Assembly: GCA_043788365.1 (NCBI GenBank)
Contig: JAYVTZ010000002.1
Location: 51,208 to 115,207 of the forward strand
Direction of reading: 5' to 3'
From: Burkholderiaceae bacterium
GTDB lineage: Bacteria > Patescibacteriota > Saccharimonadia > Saccharimonadales > AQU-01
DNA length: 64,000 bases
Below, piece after piece: positions 54,604-64,000 of the stretch; position 1 is the first letter of the stretch, and every line of letters begins with the position of its first letter. A model generated the notes under the pieces. That model did not search any database. It was not told the DNA's origin and worked only from the letters and a program-made list of their open reading frames with translations. Both the position numbers and the translations under genes were made by a program.

Positions 54604-55140
54604 ACCGCCCTCTATCAGCCTAGCGATGGTCGAGGCTTGACGTCCCGACAGGTCGCCGCCATCAACATAGAAATCTACTTTATCACTAAACAAGGCTTGG
54701 GCTGCTTCTACGGTCGTTACAACTGCTTGGTCAGCGATGTTAGCGCTAGAAGACACCAGTGGTCCAGTTATTGATAGTAATTTGGCAACTACCTGATTGT
54801 TGGTTACTCGGACGGCTACTGAGCCGAGACCAAAATCAAGCTGAATAGCCTTCGGGTTAGAGGCAATTACTATGCTCAGCGGGTTTGGCCAATAGCTTGC
54901 GGCTATACTCAAATCATGATTATTGAGGCCTAGGGCGTAGAGCTGTGCCACAGACGAAGCAATAATAGTTCCTGGTTTGTTTGAGCGTTGCTTGAGTAGA
55001 TTGATTCTGGTTAGCGTATCACTCCTACTCGCCAATCCAACTAACCCATAAACAGTATCAGTCGGAATGACCCCAACAGCACCAGACCGGATGAGCTCAA
55101 TCAGCTCAGGGTCTACAAGGCTTGTGAATAGTTTGGCCAT
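54559..55140 (-). CDS. tsaC: L-threonylcarbamoyladenylate synthase (TsaC/YrdC family)
   Basis: GVIPTDTVYGLV, SSSAN and RQASTI patterns. Confidence 0.8.
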   Translation of the reverse strand: MAKLFTSLVDPELIELIRSGAVGVIPTDTVYGLVGLASRSDTLTRINLLKQRSNKPGTIIASSVAQLYALGLNNHDLSIAASYWPNPLSIVIASNPKAIQLDFGLGSVAVRVTNNQVVAKLLSITGPLVSSSANIADQAVVTTVEAAQALFSDKVDFYVDGGDLSGRQASTIARLIEGGLEIIRDGAFRPPAN

Positions 55141-55150
55141 ATTCGAACTA

Positions 55151-55690
55151 TTATAGTCCGAGAGCAGTTGTACTTAGATCATTGGCGGTAATATCACCGG
55201 CTGCATCTGCCTTGGTAATACTAGTGTCAACATCTTTAGCTAACTGGCTAACATCGGTCGCAGTGGCTGGTTTAGCTGCTGCTGCCTGAGTAGTTGATGA
55301 CGAAGCAGTTGTGGTGGTCTTGGCTGGCTTCTTGGTTGAACTCATATAGAAGAAAATTGCACCAGCTGCGAGTACTAGAGCTATGACAACAATAATAATC
55401 ATACCCATTTTAGACTTCTTCTTAGGAGCTGCAGCGGCTGGCATGACAGGATGAGCCATAGCTGGCTGGTCGGCAGTAACTGTCGGCATCGGCATTGAAG
55501 CCGGGGCTGTCTCTGGCATACCAACTGAATTTGGGGCTTCTTCGACGGCAAAATTATTGGCAGGAGCTGGCGCTGGAGTTGCAACCACTGGTGTGGCAGT
55601 AGGCATAGCGTCAACTGGTACTGCAGCTGGTTCACTTGTCACGTTGATAGGTGTTCCAACTGATTCTGGTGCTGGTTTTGGTTCTTCCAT
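55151..55690 (-). CDS. Pro/Ala-rich single-pass membrane protein
   Basis: Low-complexity N-terminus and TM MGMIIIVVIALVLAAGAIFFY. Confidence 0.5.
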   Translation of the reverse strand: MEEPKPAPESVGTPINVTSEPAAVPVDAMPTATPVVATPAPAPANNFAVEEAPNSVGMPETAPASMPMPTVTADQPAMAHPVMPAAAAPKKKSKMGMIIIVVIALVLAAGAIFFYMSSTKKPAKTTTTASSSTTQAAAAKPATATDVSQLAKDVDTSITKADAAGDITANDLSTTALGL

Positions 55691-55692
55691 GA

Positions 55693-56424
55693 CTAGTTTG
55701 CTCCTGTTTTGGTAGTTGAGTTAGTTGATGATTCGTTTGATGAAGCCTTTTCACTTGCTTCAAGAGTACTTCTTATCTTTTCAAGAGTTGGCTTGATAGT
55801 AGCTTTGATGTAGGCCTTGATGTCAGCAGCATCCTTTAAGACGACCCCGTTAGCGGTACGAGCTTTCTCAAGAGCTTCCTTAAATGCGTCTGGACTAGTG
55901 ACGCAGTCGATAGCCTTAAGGTTAACCATCGCTACTTTGTAAGCGGCTAAGTCGGTAGTGAACTTGGTGACTAGCGCCTGCAAAGCTGTAATTTCTTTCT
56001 CTAAATCAGTAGTATCGACATTCTTGGCCTTGAGCTTAACGACAATGCCGTTTAGGCGATCAATGATTTCGCCATAAGCCTTGGTACGATCTTTAACTTT
56101 TTGTTCAGTGTTACTGCCAACTGCTTTTACGATTATCTGGGCTGGCTTACACTTGGTCTTGATTAATAGTGTTTCCTTGGCATCAAGCTTGATCTTGAGA
56201 GCGCCTTTTTCTTTTTCAATTCTAGTCGTTCGCTCGGCAATATCAGCAGGAGTCTCGGTGGCTTCTGGTGATGTCTCAGGTGACGACTCGGGCTTTTTAA
56301 CAGTGTTGGTGCTACCACCACCACTATTGGTACTTGGTGCTGCCATAGCCGCTGGTACTATAATTAACGTACCGAGAGCAATCGCTGACAAGATTAGACT
56401 TTGTAGTTGTTTGATCTTTCTCAT
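55693..56424 (-). CDS. Secreted coiled-coil protein
   Basis: Signal peptide MRKIKQLQSLILSAIALGTLIIVPAAMA. Start moved from the track position 56472 to ATG 56424. Confidence 0.55.
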   Translation of the reverse strand: MRKIKQLQSLILSAIALGTLIIVPAAMAAPSTNSGGGSTNTVKKPESSPETSPEATETPADIAERTTRIEKEKGALKIKLDAKETLLIKTKCKPAQIIVKAVGSNTEQKVKDRTKAYGEIIDRLNGIVVKLKAKNVDTTDLEKEITALQALVTKFTTDLAAYKVAMVNLKAIDCVTSPDAFKEALEKARTANGVVLKDAADIKAYIKATIKPTLEKIRSTLEASEKASSNESSTNSTTKTGAN

Positions 56425-56520
56425 TAGTTTTCCTTTATTATTTGAATAATAACATTCTACCATAAGCGGCATAATAATAGATTAATTTACAATGGAATAG
56501 GCTATTCTTAAACTAGTCAT

Positions 56521-57366
56521 ATGATCTCATCAATAATTCGCCAATTGAAACGTATCGTAGTGCTGGTGCCTGGCCTTGTCATGGCCTATGTTGGTGTTCG
56601 TGACATATTTCCCGCTCTCGATAAATTCATACCGAGTGACGCTCTGGCAATTATAGCTACATACGTCATAACTGCTTATATTCTGATACCGGCATTACTC
56701 CGGCTACTCCGACTAGTCATCAGGCCAAGGCACGTGCCAATGTATTGCACGACACCAGACGGTTTTGCCAGTGACCCAATCAACATTGGCGTCGTTGGCA
56801 CAAAAAAACAATTAATAAGCGCTATGACTAGCGCTGGGTGGTACCAAGCCGACAAGAGAACAGTTCAAAACTTGACCAAAATGATCGCAGCCATTGTGTT
56901 TAAGCGAGACTACCGAAATGCTCCTTTTAGCCCTTTATTTCTATTTGGGCGCAGTCAGGACCTAGGCTTTGAAATACCACTCGATAGTAACCCCTTGCAC
57001 CGCCACCACGTTAGATTTTGGGCGGCCAGCCATAATGCCGATTCATCACAGCTCGAACACACTACCTTCTGGGAAAGAATTCATAAATCCAATCTAACCA
57101 GTGGCAGAGTACTATGGGTTGGGGCGGCTTCGCTCGACAGTGGTTTTGGAATAATTAGGCATAGCGCTCAGTTTACCCACCGTGTTCATCACGACACCGA
57201 TGCCGAGAGAGAACTAATAGCTAAACAGTTAATAGCAACTGGTTCGGTCGAAAAAACTCGTAGCGTAACTATAGGTAAGCCGATAAAAATTAATAATCGA
57301 GTATTTAGAAGTTATTTACGAGCTGACGGAAAATTAACAATTTGCGAATTAGTGGCTAGTAGCTAG
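56521..57366 (+). CDS. LssY C-terminal domain-like membrane protein
   Basis: Two N-terminal TM helices, then PINIGVVGTKKQLISAMTSAGWYQAD...HHVRFW. Confidence 0.6.
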   Translation: MISSIIRQLKRIVVLVPGLVMAYVGVRDIFPALDKFIPSDALAIIATYVITAYILIPALLRLLRLVIRPRHVPMYCTTPDGFASDPINIGVVGTKKQLISAMTSAGWYQADKRTVQNLTKMIAAIVFKRDYRNAPFSPLFLFGRSQDLGFEIPLDSNPLHRHHVRFWAASHNADSSQLEHTTFWERIHKSNLTSGRVLWVGAASLDSGFGIIRHSAQFTHRVHHDTDAERELIAKQLIATGSVEKTRSVTIGKPIKINNRVFRSYLRADGKLTICELVASS

Positions 57367-57437
57367 TAGCTTGTTTCTCGTATTTAGCGCCCCCACAAAC
57401 CTGGCTTTAATACTAGTTATTAGTAGCTAGATACTGA

Positions 57438-57683
57438 TCAGCTCTTACGGCTAGCGATGTAAGTCATCACGACGGCAGCCGCCACCCATTGTGGGAAAAC
57501 CATGTAGAAGACATCACTTATTGAGTTCTGGGTTCTGAAGGCTGCGATTAGGACCGATACCAAAAAACCCGTAAAAGGAATATAGGTCAACCAAGCTTGC
57601 CATGTCGCAGGCAGATAACTGCCGCGCACTTTATAAAACCAAGCACCTTTTTTAACTTTTGGCATTTTTTTATTCCAATTCAT
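57438..57683 (-). CDS. Small two-TM membrane protein
   Basis: 81-aa ORF, 2 nt downstream of 57686..59647. Confidence 0.5.
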   Translation of the reverse strand: MNWNKKMPKVKKGAWFYKVRGSYLPATWQAWLTYIPFTGFLVSVLIAAFRTQNSISDVFYMVFPQWVAAAVVMTYIASRKS

Positions 57684-57685
57684 AG

Positions 57686-59647
57686 TTAGTAATACCCCTG
57701 TTCTATATTAATCGTGTTAGTTACGTCACTAATTTTCTTAGCATCACCGCCATCAACGCTAAGGACGTAATCGGCTGTTTCTTGATCGGTATGAATACGG
57801 TAAATTATCGTACTGTTATTTAGCCAACGGACTGAGCTGGTGATACCGCTTTGAGTCTTGATAATCTTGTCTGTTTTGGTGACCGTATCGTAACTAAGTA
57901 ACACGCCTTTGCCGTCACGGTCGTCGACCCATAGACTGTGTTTTTTGTCTGGACTATCGACATAAACAAAGCTCTTCAGAGCTGATGGCTGACCACTAAG
58001 CTTAGTAGTGGTCAGACTACCAACTTTGTTGTCATACCAATCCTGACCAACTGAAAGTGTAAATTTATCGTAAGATGTTCTGTAAATACTCCAGACTATC
58101 TGATTGATAATCTGTTGTTTGCTGCTACCGTCAACTGTAATTCTACTGAAACTGCCTTCATTTTGACCCAGTCCAGTTAGGGAGTAATAGACATTATTGC
58201 CAATCAATTTGGCGTCGTTGAAATAGTTAGCAGTAGCAAGCTCGCGCTTATCGGCAGTTTTGTAGTTATAGCTAACTAGTCGATAGCGTTTTGGGCTAAA
58301 AGCGCTCGTCCCGGCCGTAATTTGTAGATAAACCAAGTAGTCACCCGACCAGCCAAGTAGTTGAACCCGTTCCGACTGGACGATATTCTTGACCGAATTG
58401 TCGCCCAAATCTACAAGTAATAAAGTGCTTAGTAAAAACCCGTCTTTATTATGGACATTGTCTCTGGTGGATACGTAGGCCAAAACTTCATCACTAGGGT
58501 GTACTGACAGCACCATATTATCTTGTTCTAGCCCAGTGCCCTTTAGAACTACCTCTTCATTTTTACCATCAACATTGATTTTGTATAGGTCGTACCTGCC
58601 TGTTCGTTTAGAGATAAAAGCATCTTTGCGAACTGGGACTAAGCTAACTTTTTGGTCAGCTTTGCTGTTACTAGTCAGTGTCACTTTTTGGCTACGATAT
58701 GATTTAGCGTTGATACTCACAACTAAGGACTGAGTACCCGAATCAATCGATAGTATAATTTTACCCGTCTTATCAGCGGTAGATACTGCTTCGCCAACTC
58801 CCGCCTCAGCATCAGTGATTGGTTGGCCCGACAAAAAATCTTTGACGACTATTGTGTACTGCGTGCCCGTAGCTTTGAGCGTAAATCCGCCCAGCGGGTT
58901 ACTGCCCCAACCAACTGTTATAGTCTTAGTGAAGTCCGCGTATGCTCGTTTATGAATTAGTAAGTTGTTCTTGCCAAGACGAACGCGACTAAGCCTAACC
59001 TTACCATCACTATCAGTCGAGGCCGTGTCGTTGCCAATCGTAACTTCAATGTTCTTGAGGGGCTGCTGGCTAGAATCATCAGTTACTACAAGATTGACAC
59101 TGGCTCTAACGCCTAACAAATTCAAAATATAATATCGGCTAAGTGGCAGCACGGCCAAGCCAATTATGAGCACAGCCAGGACGATTAACGTGGCCCACTT
59201 GCCTAGTTTGGATTTAAAGAACTGCCCAAGACTAATGCCAGACTTTTTCTTATCTGGTACAAAAGCCTTGGTAATCTCCGCATCTTCAGAAGCCAACACC
59301 ATATCGGCTTCGTCGGCCACGATATCATCAACCGCGTCGCTAGTTGTTCTATCTTCGATGATATCAGCGTCTGACTCGCTGATTTCTGGCTCAACAATTT
59401 GCGGATTAGTTCTGGTCAATTCATTTTTACCCATTTCTTTAGTAACCGGTCCAGGCGTTAGGCTCAACGGTAGGGATTCAGCTGGTTTGGTGGCAGGGTG
59501 CAGGCCTCTTGCATCAAGAATTTCGGCTTGAGTAGCTTCTTGTGGTGGTGGGCCTAACAATTCGCGAAGTTTTTGCTCAATTTCTTTTTGGTTAGCTGCT
59601 TCCGGCAGTTCTTCGGGTAGCGGTTCAGCCGGTGTCTCTTCTTTCAT
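57686..59647 (-). CDS. Single-pass surface protein with Ig/carboxypeptidase-regulatory-like and beta-propeller-like regions
   Basis: Acidic N-terminus, TM WATLIVLAVLIIGLAVLPL and a long beta-rich ectodomain. Confidence 0.6.
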   Translation of the reverse strand: MKEETPAEPLPEELPEAANQKEIEQKLRELLGPPPQEATQAEILDARGLHPATKPAESLPLSLTPGPVTKEMGKNELTRTNPQIVEPEISESDADIIEDRTTSDAVDDIVADEADMVLASEDAEITKAFVPDKKKSGISLGQFFKSKLGKWATLIVLAVLIIGLAVLPLSRYYILNLLGVRASVNLVVTDDSSQQPLKNIEVTIGNDTASTDSDGKVRLSRVRLGKNNLLIHKRAYADFTKTITVGWGSNPLGGFTLKATGTQYTIVVKDFLSGQPITDAEAGVGEAVSTADKTGKIILSIDSGTQSLVVSINAKSYRSQKVTLTSNSKADQKVSLVPVRKDAFISKRTGRYDLYKINVDGKNEEVVLKGTGLEQDNMVLSVHPSDEVLAYVSTRDNVHNKDGFLLSTLLLVDLGDNSVKNIVQSERVQLLGWSGDYLVYLQITAGTSAFSPKRYRLVSYNYKTADKRELATANYFNDAKLIGNNVYYSLTGLGQNEGSFSRITVDGSSKQQIINQIVWSIYRTSYDKFTLSVGQDWYDNKVGSLTTTKLSGQPSALKSFVYVDSPDKKHSLWVDDRDGKGVLLSYDTVTKTDKIIKTQSGITSSVRWLNNSTIIYRIHTDQETADYVLSVDGGDAKKISDVTNTINIEQGYY

Positions 59648-59979
59648 GCCTTAGCTCCCAGTTGATTTTGGGCACTACGAGCCATTATCCAAGCCACAAA
59701 TAAACAAAAACAAATTACTACCCCTCCCAGAGCTAGTACCGGTAGGTGGTTTGATGGACGTTGCTTTGGCTGATTTATGGTCGTCGTGACTGTTTGGTTG
59801 GGGTCAAAAGATTTAAACGTACTGTCGCCAATGCTAGTTATCTTGGCCTGACTAGCGGTGTTATTGATGCTACTAGTGCTTGTCTGCAGATTTGATACCG
59901 GCGCGGTCAAATTCTGCCCTGCCTGAACTTGCGGGTTGGGTGACGTGGCCCCACTTGTAGATTGATTTTGTATATCCAT
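59644..59979 (-). CDS. Ser/Thr/Gln-rich membrane-anchored protein
   Basis: C-terminal TM; 4-nt overlap with the downstream gene. Confidence 0.45.
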   Translation of the reverse strand: MDIQNQSTSGATSPNPQVQAGQNLTAPVSNLQTSTSSINNTASQAKITSIGDSTFKSFDPNQTVTTTINQPKQRPSNHLPVLALGGVVICFCLFVAWIMARSAQNQLGAKA

Positions 59980-60048
59980 TACTCTGTCTTAGTATCAAGA
60001 GTTATTTGCCTCTAGTCAATAGTGCTAATGTTTAGAGATTAGTCTGAT

Positions 60049-60831
60049 TTAGGCTCGACGTCGATAGCCCGATATTGCCAAGGGAACGAATACGACAATA
60101 ATGCCAAAACACCAGAGTAAAAGTTTCCAGGCAGCGCCATCAGCAGGAATGCCAAGCGCGTAACCACGGGCGGCGTTAGCGGCAAAAGTTATTGGTTGAT
60201 TGTTTGCAAAATGCTGCAACCAGCTCGACATTGTCCTAACTGGCACAAAAGCCGCACTCGCAAAAGTAAGAGGAAAGACCATAACGAATCCGGCCAACTG
60301 AGCCGTTTCTTCATCTTTAACGGCTAAACCGATAAAAGCCGAGAACCATGAGAAAGCAAAGCCAAACAATAGTAGTAGCCCAACCATAGTAACGGCGTTA
60401 ACGAAACCATTAGTAAACCTGAAGCCAAGCACATAACCGTAGCTAAGCATAATAGCAATCACAACTACGTTACGGATCGTGTCTGCAAAGGTTCGACCAG
60501 CCAAAACGGCCGCTCGGCTCATCGGCAAACTACGAAAACGATCGATAATGCCACTGTTAAGGTCGCGGGCTAGACCAATGCCAGTCTGGAGACCTCCGAA
60601 GAGTGTGACCTGGACCATAATACCGGGCAATAAATAGTTAATGTACTTACCATGGATCGCACCACCGCTATTACCAATCGCGCCGCCAAAAACATAATTG
60701 AATAGCGTTAAGAAGATAATAGGTTGGATTGATGAGAAAAAGACCAGTTGTGGCAAGCGAATATAGCGTAACAGATTACGCCTGGCAATAACCCACGTAT
60801 CTGATAGTTCAAAATATAATTTACTAAGCAT
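60049..60831 (-). CDS. ABC-2 type transporter permease (DrrB-like)
   Basis: 260 aa, 6 TM, 1-nt overlap with the ATPase gene. Confidence 0.8.
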   Translation of the reverse strand: MLSKLYFELSDTWVIARRNLLRYIRLPQLVFFSSIQPIIFLTLFNYVFGGAIGNSGGAIHGKYINYLLPGIMVQVTLFGGLQTGIGLARDLNSGIIDRFRSLPMSRAAVLAGRTFADTIRNVVVIAIMLSYGYVLGFRFTNGFVNAVTMVGLLLLFGFAFSWFSAFIGLAVKDEETAQLAGFVMVFPLTFASAAFVPVRTMSSWLQHFANNQPITFAANAARGYALGIPADGAAWKLLLWCFGIIVVFVPLAISGYRRRA

Positions 60832-61814
60832 TATTTTGACCCTCGGCCGTGTTTAGGTTCTGGAACCTCTTCAACAACTTTTTTACCCGTCAAGGCTAGA
60901 AAAACGTCATCTAATGATGGTCGATGTAACGACAAGCTAACAGGAACAATTTCAGCATCATTTAAGGCTGTTACGACCTTCATAAGATCAGTTGGACCAT
61001 GACTAACTGGTGCCGTTACTGTTACACCGTCCTCGGCCACTACTGGTGTCTTAGCCGTAACTTTTGCCACAGCTACCATGGCTTTGTCGGCATCAGACTT
61101 ATTCTTCAAGGCAAACTCAACAACGTCACCACCCATTCGGGCTTTGAGCTCGTCGCTAGTGCCTTCTGCGATAACTTTACCATGGTCAATAACGGCAATC
61201 ATATCAGCAAGTTCATCGGCTTCTTCGAGATACTGAGTTGTTAATAGAATACTAGCGCCATCATCGACTAATTTTCTAATGATATTCCAGACATCTATGC
61301 GGCTACGTGGATCGAGTCCAGTAGTCGGTTCATCTAGGAAAAGTATTTTTGGTCTACAAACGAGACTTGCGCCAACATCAAGTCGCCGGCGCATACCACC
61401 AGAGTAGGTCTTAACTAGTCTTTTACCAGCATCGGATAAATCGAGTTGTTCGAGTATTTGATTGGCTCGTTCGGCAGCCTCACGACTACTCAAATGATAG
61501 AGTCGTCCAACCATGATTAGGTTTTCGTAGCCCGTCAGTAACTCATCAACAGCAGCGTATTGACCCGCCAGACCGATTAATTTACGAACTTTGTTGGGAA
61601 ATTTAGCGACATCAATTCCAGCTACCATAGCCGTACCACTATCGGGTGATAACAGGGTGCTAAGCAGTCTGACTAAGGTCGTTTTACCGGCTCCATTTGG
61701 CCCAAGTAGGGCAAAAATCTTACCGGTTTCGGCTTTTAGACTAACACCATCAAGCGCCCTTAGTTTGCCGTATCGTTTGACAACGTCTGTAACCTCGAAA
61801 GCATAATCACTCAT
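60831..61814 (-). CDS. ABC transporter ATP-binding protein (DrrA-like)
   Basis: GPNGAGKTT, YSGGMRRRL and LFLDEPTTGLD plus a C-terminal extension. Confidence 0.9.
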   Translation of the reverse strand: MSDYAFEVTDVVKRYGKLRALDGVSLKAETGKIFALLGPNGAGKTTLVRLLSTLLSPDSGTAMVAGIDVAKFPNKVRKLIGLAGQYAAVDELLTGYENLIMVGRLYHLSSREAAERANQILEQLDLSDAGKRLVKTYSGGMRRRLDVGASLVCRPKILFLDEPTTGLDPRSRIDVWNIIRKLVDDGASILLTTQYLEEADELADMIAVIDHGKVIAEGTSDELKARMGGDVVEFALKNKSDADKAMVAVAKVTAKTPVVAEDGVTVTAPVSHGPTDLMKVVTALNDAEIVPVSLSLHRPSLDDVFLALTGKKVVEEVPEPKHGRGSK

Positions 61815-61903
61815 TACTAATAATCTAGTCTAGAATACTTAACTTGTAAAGCATAAAGTAAAGTAATAAGTTATTTAAGACTCTAAGCTCTACCGGGGCT
61901 CCC

Positions 61904-62296
61904 CTAGTTACTGTTTAGCCAGTCGGCCACATTATCTGGCACTGGCATAACGCTAAGCCGACTATGTCTGACCAGTAGAAAATCTTTGCAGAGTGGATTG
62001 GCTTTTATTTCGGCAAGGCTGACTGGTTTTAGTCTCGACACAAACTTTAATTCAATCGCCCACGAGAATCTGGGATCTTTAGTGTTCAAAAATGGTTCAC
62101 CGACCACCTCTGCCAAGCCTACAATAGCTTTATCCGTCATCGATAAATATACGTAGACCTTATCGCCTGGCCTCATTGTCTTTATGACATTTATAGCCTG
62201 ATAATTATGGACGCCATCCCAGATTGTCTGTTTGTCCTTGATGAAATCATCGATACTATAGGTATCTGGGTCAGTTTTTACTAAAAAATAACTCAT
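61904..62296 (-). CDS. EVE (PUA-like) domain protein
   Basis: MSYFLVKTDPDTYSIDDF...WDGVHNYQAINVIKTMRPGDKVYVY. Start moved to 62296 (ATGA overlap with the upstream stop). Confidence 0.75.
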   Translation of the reverse strand: MSYFLVKTDPDTYSIDDFIKDKQTIWDGVHNYQAINVIKTMRPGDKVYVYLSMTDKAIVGLAEVVGEPFLNTKDPRFSWAIELKFVSRLKPVSLAEIKANPLCKDFLLVRHSRLSVMPVPDNVADWLNSN

Positions 62297-62607
62297 GATT
62301 TCGGCTTGTTTAGTCTGTGATGGATGATCTGCTTGTAATGCATTAGTAGGGCAACGCAAAATATCGCTATCGCTACTGAAATTCCGCCGATTACAATTTT
62401 GGAACGCCAAGTACTCGATGGTGCCGGCTGCGTGCTCGAGCCACTTGCCTCGGCGTTAAGAAAATTCATTACTTTGTCATTGTTCTGGGAGCTGTTTTGG
62501 GTGCTTGGAGCCGTAACGTCGCTGGTTGCCGTCTGTTGCAGACTAGATTGCGCTGACGTAACTGGTTGCTCAGACCCATTGCTTGATATTACGTTTAGTT
62601 GTGCCAT
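62293..62607 (-). CDS. Ser/Gln-rich membrane-anchored protein
   Basis: C-terminal TM IVIGGISVAIAIFCVALLMHY. Confidence 0.45.
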   Translation of the reverse strand: MAQLNVISSNGSEQPVTSAQSSLQQTATSDVTAPSTQNSSQNNDKVMNFLNAEASGSSTQPAPSSTWRSKIVIGGISVAIAIFCVALLMHYKQIIHHRLNKPKS

Positions 62608-62640
62608 GTCTCTATTCTAACGATAAATTTGCTTCTGTTC

Positions 62641-62674
62641 CAACTATAAAAAGCTTGACAGCTTTTTATAGTTG
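62641..62674. promoter_or_regulatory. Perfect 14-6-14 palindrome centred on TTGACA
   Basis: CAACTATAAAAAGC TTGACA GCTTTTTATAGTTG in a divergent intergenic region. Confidence 0.5.
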
Positions 62675-62801
62675 TCGTAACCTCGAATGATGGTTCATTA
62701 CACAACAAGCACTGCGATTAAGAATATTGCGATCGTGGCCCTTAAGCGGGGAGTGCTTTAGTTTGTAAAAATCGTAAATAAAATAACAAACGCAAAACCA
62801 C

Positions 62802-62834
62802 ACTCCCCGGACAAAAACCGGGGAGTTTTATTTT
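62802..62834 (+). terminator. Leader terminator (attenuator) just upstream of the SD of 62849..63157
   Basis: ACTCCCCGG-acaaaaa-CCGGGGAGT followed by TTTATTTT. Its 5' arm can alternatively pair with CGGGGAGTG at 62747..62755. Confidence 0.65.
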
Positions 62835-62848
62835 GCAAAGGAGAAATC

Positions 62849-63157
62849 ATGACCGCAGTAGAAATAAATAGTCAAAACTTTGACACCAGTGCCGAAACAC
62901 AAACATTTAGAAGTAGCGAGACAAGACAAAGACTAAGAACGTTTGCTAAGAGTGCTGGCGAAAAGCTAGTTGGCGCACTAAGTATGTTCCCTGCTGAAGT
63001 AGATACCCATTTGAGTGAACATAAGTTTGATCAGAACGGCACTATGCACAAGACGCATGATAGCCCTCATACCGAGACGCCTACATTCCTGGGAGAACAT
63101 CCATACTTACCAGAGAAAGTATTCAGGGAAACCGAACAGGCAAAATACAGCGACTAA
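62849..63157 (+). CDS. Hypothetical protein (102 aa)
   Basis: AAGGAG lies 5 nt upstream of the ATG. Confidence 0.5.
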   Translation: MTAVEINSQNFDTSAETQTFRSSETRQRLRTFAKSAGEKLVGALSMFPAEVDTHLSEHKFDQNGTMHKTHDSPHTETPTFLGEHPYLPEKVFRETEQAKYSD

Positions 63158-63245
63158 ATGAACAGAAGATGACAAATTCAAATAATAGTGGCTTAGCTGG
63201 CTTTTTCCTCCTATACTAAAATTGGCGTAAGTGGAGGTAGAACAG

Positions 63246-64000
63246 ATGCAGCTATTATCAAAACCTTGGTTATTGATATACTCAAGCCTACTAATAACAG
63301 TAACCCTGTTAATAATCAAGCCGCCCTTGCAGGTGCTAGCCACCACTAAATCACATCTAGCGTTATGCCCCTTAAATGCATTCACATCTCATTGTCATGC
63401 CCATATCGTCACTAACAGCGTTGGCATACCACTTGCCACCAGTGTTTACGGTGATGGTCTGACACCTGCGGACTTGCACAGCGCTTATAAATTACCATTA
63501 AGTAATAATGCTGGTTTTATCTGGAATGGCCAAACGGTCGCCATCGTTGACGCCTACAACAACCCTTTTGCCGCAGATGATTTACTAGCGTATCGTCAAC
63601 AGTTTGGCCTACCAGACTGCAAAACTGGTGGTGTGAACTGTATCCTGAGTAAAGTAAACCAAAATGGCACAACAGCCCTACCCCGGGCTAGTAGTAGCTG
63701 GGGTACTGAGATCAACCTCGACGTTCAGATGGTTTCAGCCATATGTCCCAATTGCAAAATTCTAGTCGTCGAAGCAACATCGCCTAGCCTTGCAAATCTA
63801 GCAACCGCCGTTGATACCGCCGTAAGACTTGGAGCGACAGTAGTATCTAACAGCTACGGCGGCCCAGAAGATGTGTCGATAGTTTCAGCCAACAACCACT
63901 ACAACCACCCTGGCACTGCCATCACAGCTAGTTCAGGTGACTCTGGTTATGGCGTTGAATTTCCAGCCTCGTCTGGCTATGTCACAGCTGTTGGTGGTAC
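63246..64000 (+). CDS. S53 (sedolisin/kumamolisin-like) serine peptidase, N-terminal part; continues past the window end
   Basis: Own translation from ATG 63246 is open to the end. Signal/TM, TPADLHSAYKLP, VAIVDAYNNP, WGTEINLDVQMVSAICPNCKILVVEA, VVSNSYGGPE and SSGDSGYG. Confidence 0.7.
   Translation, partial: MQLLSKPWLLIYSSLLITVTLLIIKPPLQVLATTKSHLALCPLNAFTSHCHAHIVTNSVGIPLATSVYGDGLTPADLHSAYKLPLSNNAGFIWNGQTVAIVDAYNNPFAADDLLAYRQQFGLPDCKTGGVNCILSKVNQNGTTALPRASSSWGTEINLDVQMVSAICPNCKILVVEATSPSLANLATAVDTAVRLGATVVSNSYGGPEDVSIVSANNHYNHPGTAITASSGDSGYGVEFPASSGYVTAVGG

Noticed and set aside
63107-63385. 92-aa minus-strand ORF.
   Set aside because: It overlaps the end of 62849..63157 and the start of the S53 peptidase gene on the opposite strand, and has no RBS.
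1-64000. CRISPR arrays, rRNA genes, transposases, integrases, toxin-antitoxin pairs or known defence-system genes.
   Set aside because: None could be supported by eye. No regularly spaced direct repeats and no diagnostic protein motifs were seen in the ORF track. This is absence of evidence only; HMM-based tools (PADLOC/DefenseFinder, CRISPRCasFinder) should confirm.

Overview
This 64-kb window appears to come from a small-genome, moderately AT-rich bacterium. About 85% of the genes are on the minus strand. The gene content looks Patescibacteria/CPR, Saccharibacteria-like, but that is inference from content only.

Recognisable genes:
- Heat shock: hrcA-orf71-grpE, a dnaK operon and a dnaJ operon, each preceded by CIRCE-like operators.
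- Other housekeeping: comEC (partial), lepA, murJ, ftsH, tilS, cls, bcp, a Mur ligase, a Dus and a TsaC/YrdC homologue.
- Accessory and regulatory: a rimK module next to a GGDEF protein, a WhiB-like regulator and a Crp/Fnr regulator.
- Transport and nucleotide handling: three ABC-2 exporter pairs, five Nudix hydrolases and two nucleoside-deoxyribosyltransferase-like genes.
- Surface proteins: type IV pilin-like proteins and many unannotatable secreted or single-pass proteins.
- RNA genes: four tRNAs, namely Lys(UUU) and all three CAU classes (elongator Met, initiator fMet and an Ile2-like tRNA).

I found no rRNA, CRISPR array, transposase, integrase, reverse transcriptase or recognisable defence system.

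The most unusual signal is non-coding. Every tRNA gene here is accompanied by same-sense partial copies of itself. At three of the four loci (Lys, Met, Ile2) the partial copies lie on both sides of the intact gene. For tRNA-Met and the Ile2-like tRNA, the intact gene is an inverted-repeat-bounded cassette sitting inside a colinear, fragmented second copy.

Other notable items:
- A 110-nt leader is shared without indels by murJ and bcp.
- A family of small palindromic units occurs at three loci.
- A poly-G(7) frameshift splits a secreted-protein gene.
- Several genes are decayed: an amber-interrupted NDT-like gene, a def remnant and possibly a Nudix gene.
- One gene probably starts at AUU.
- A terminator/antiterminator leader precedes an S53 peptidase operon.

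All calls were made by eye from the sequence and the ORF track. No database search was run.
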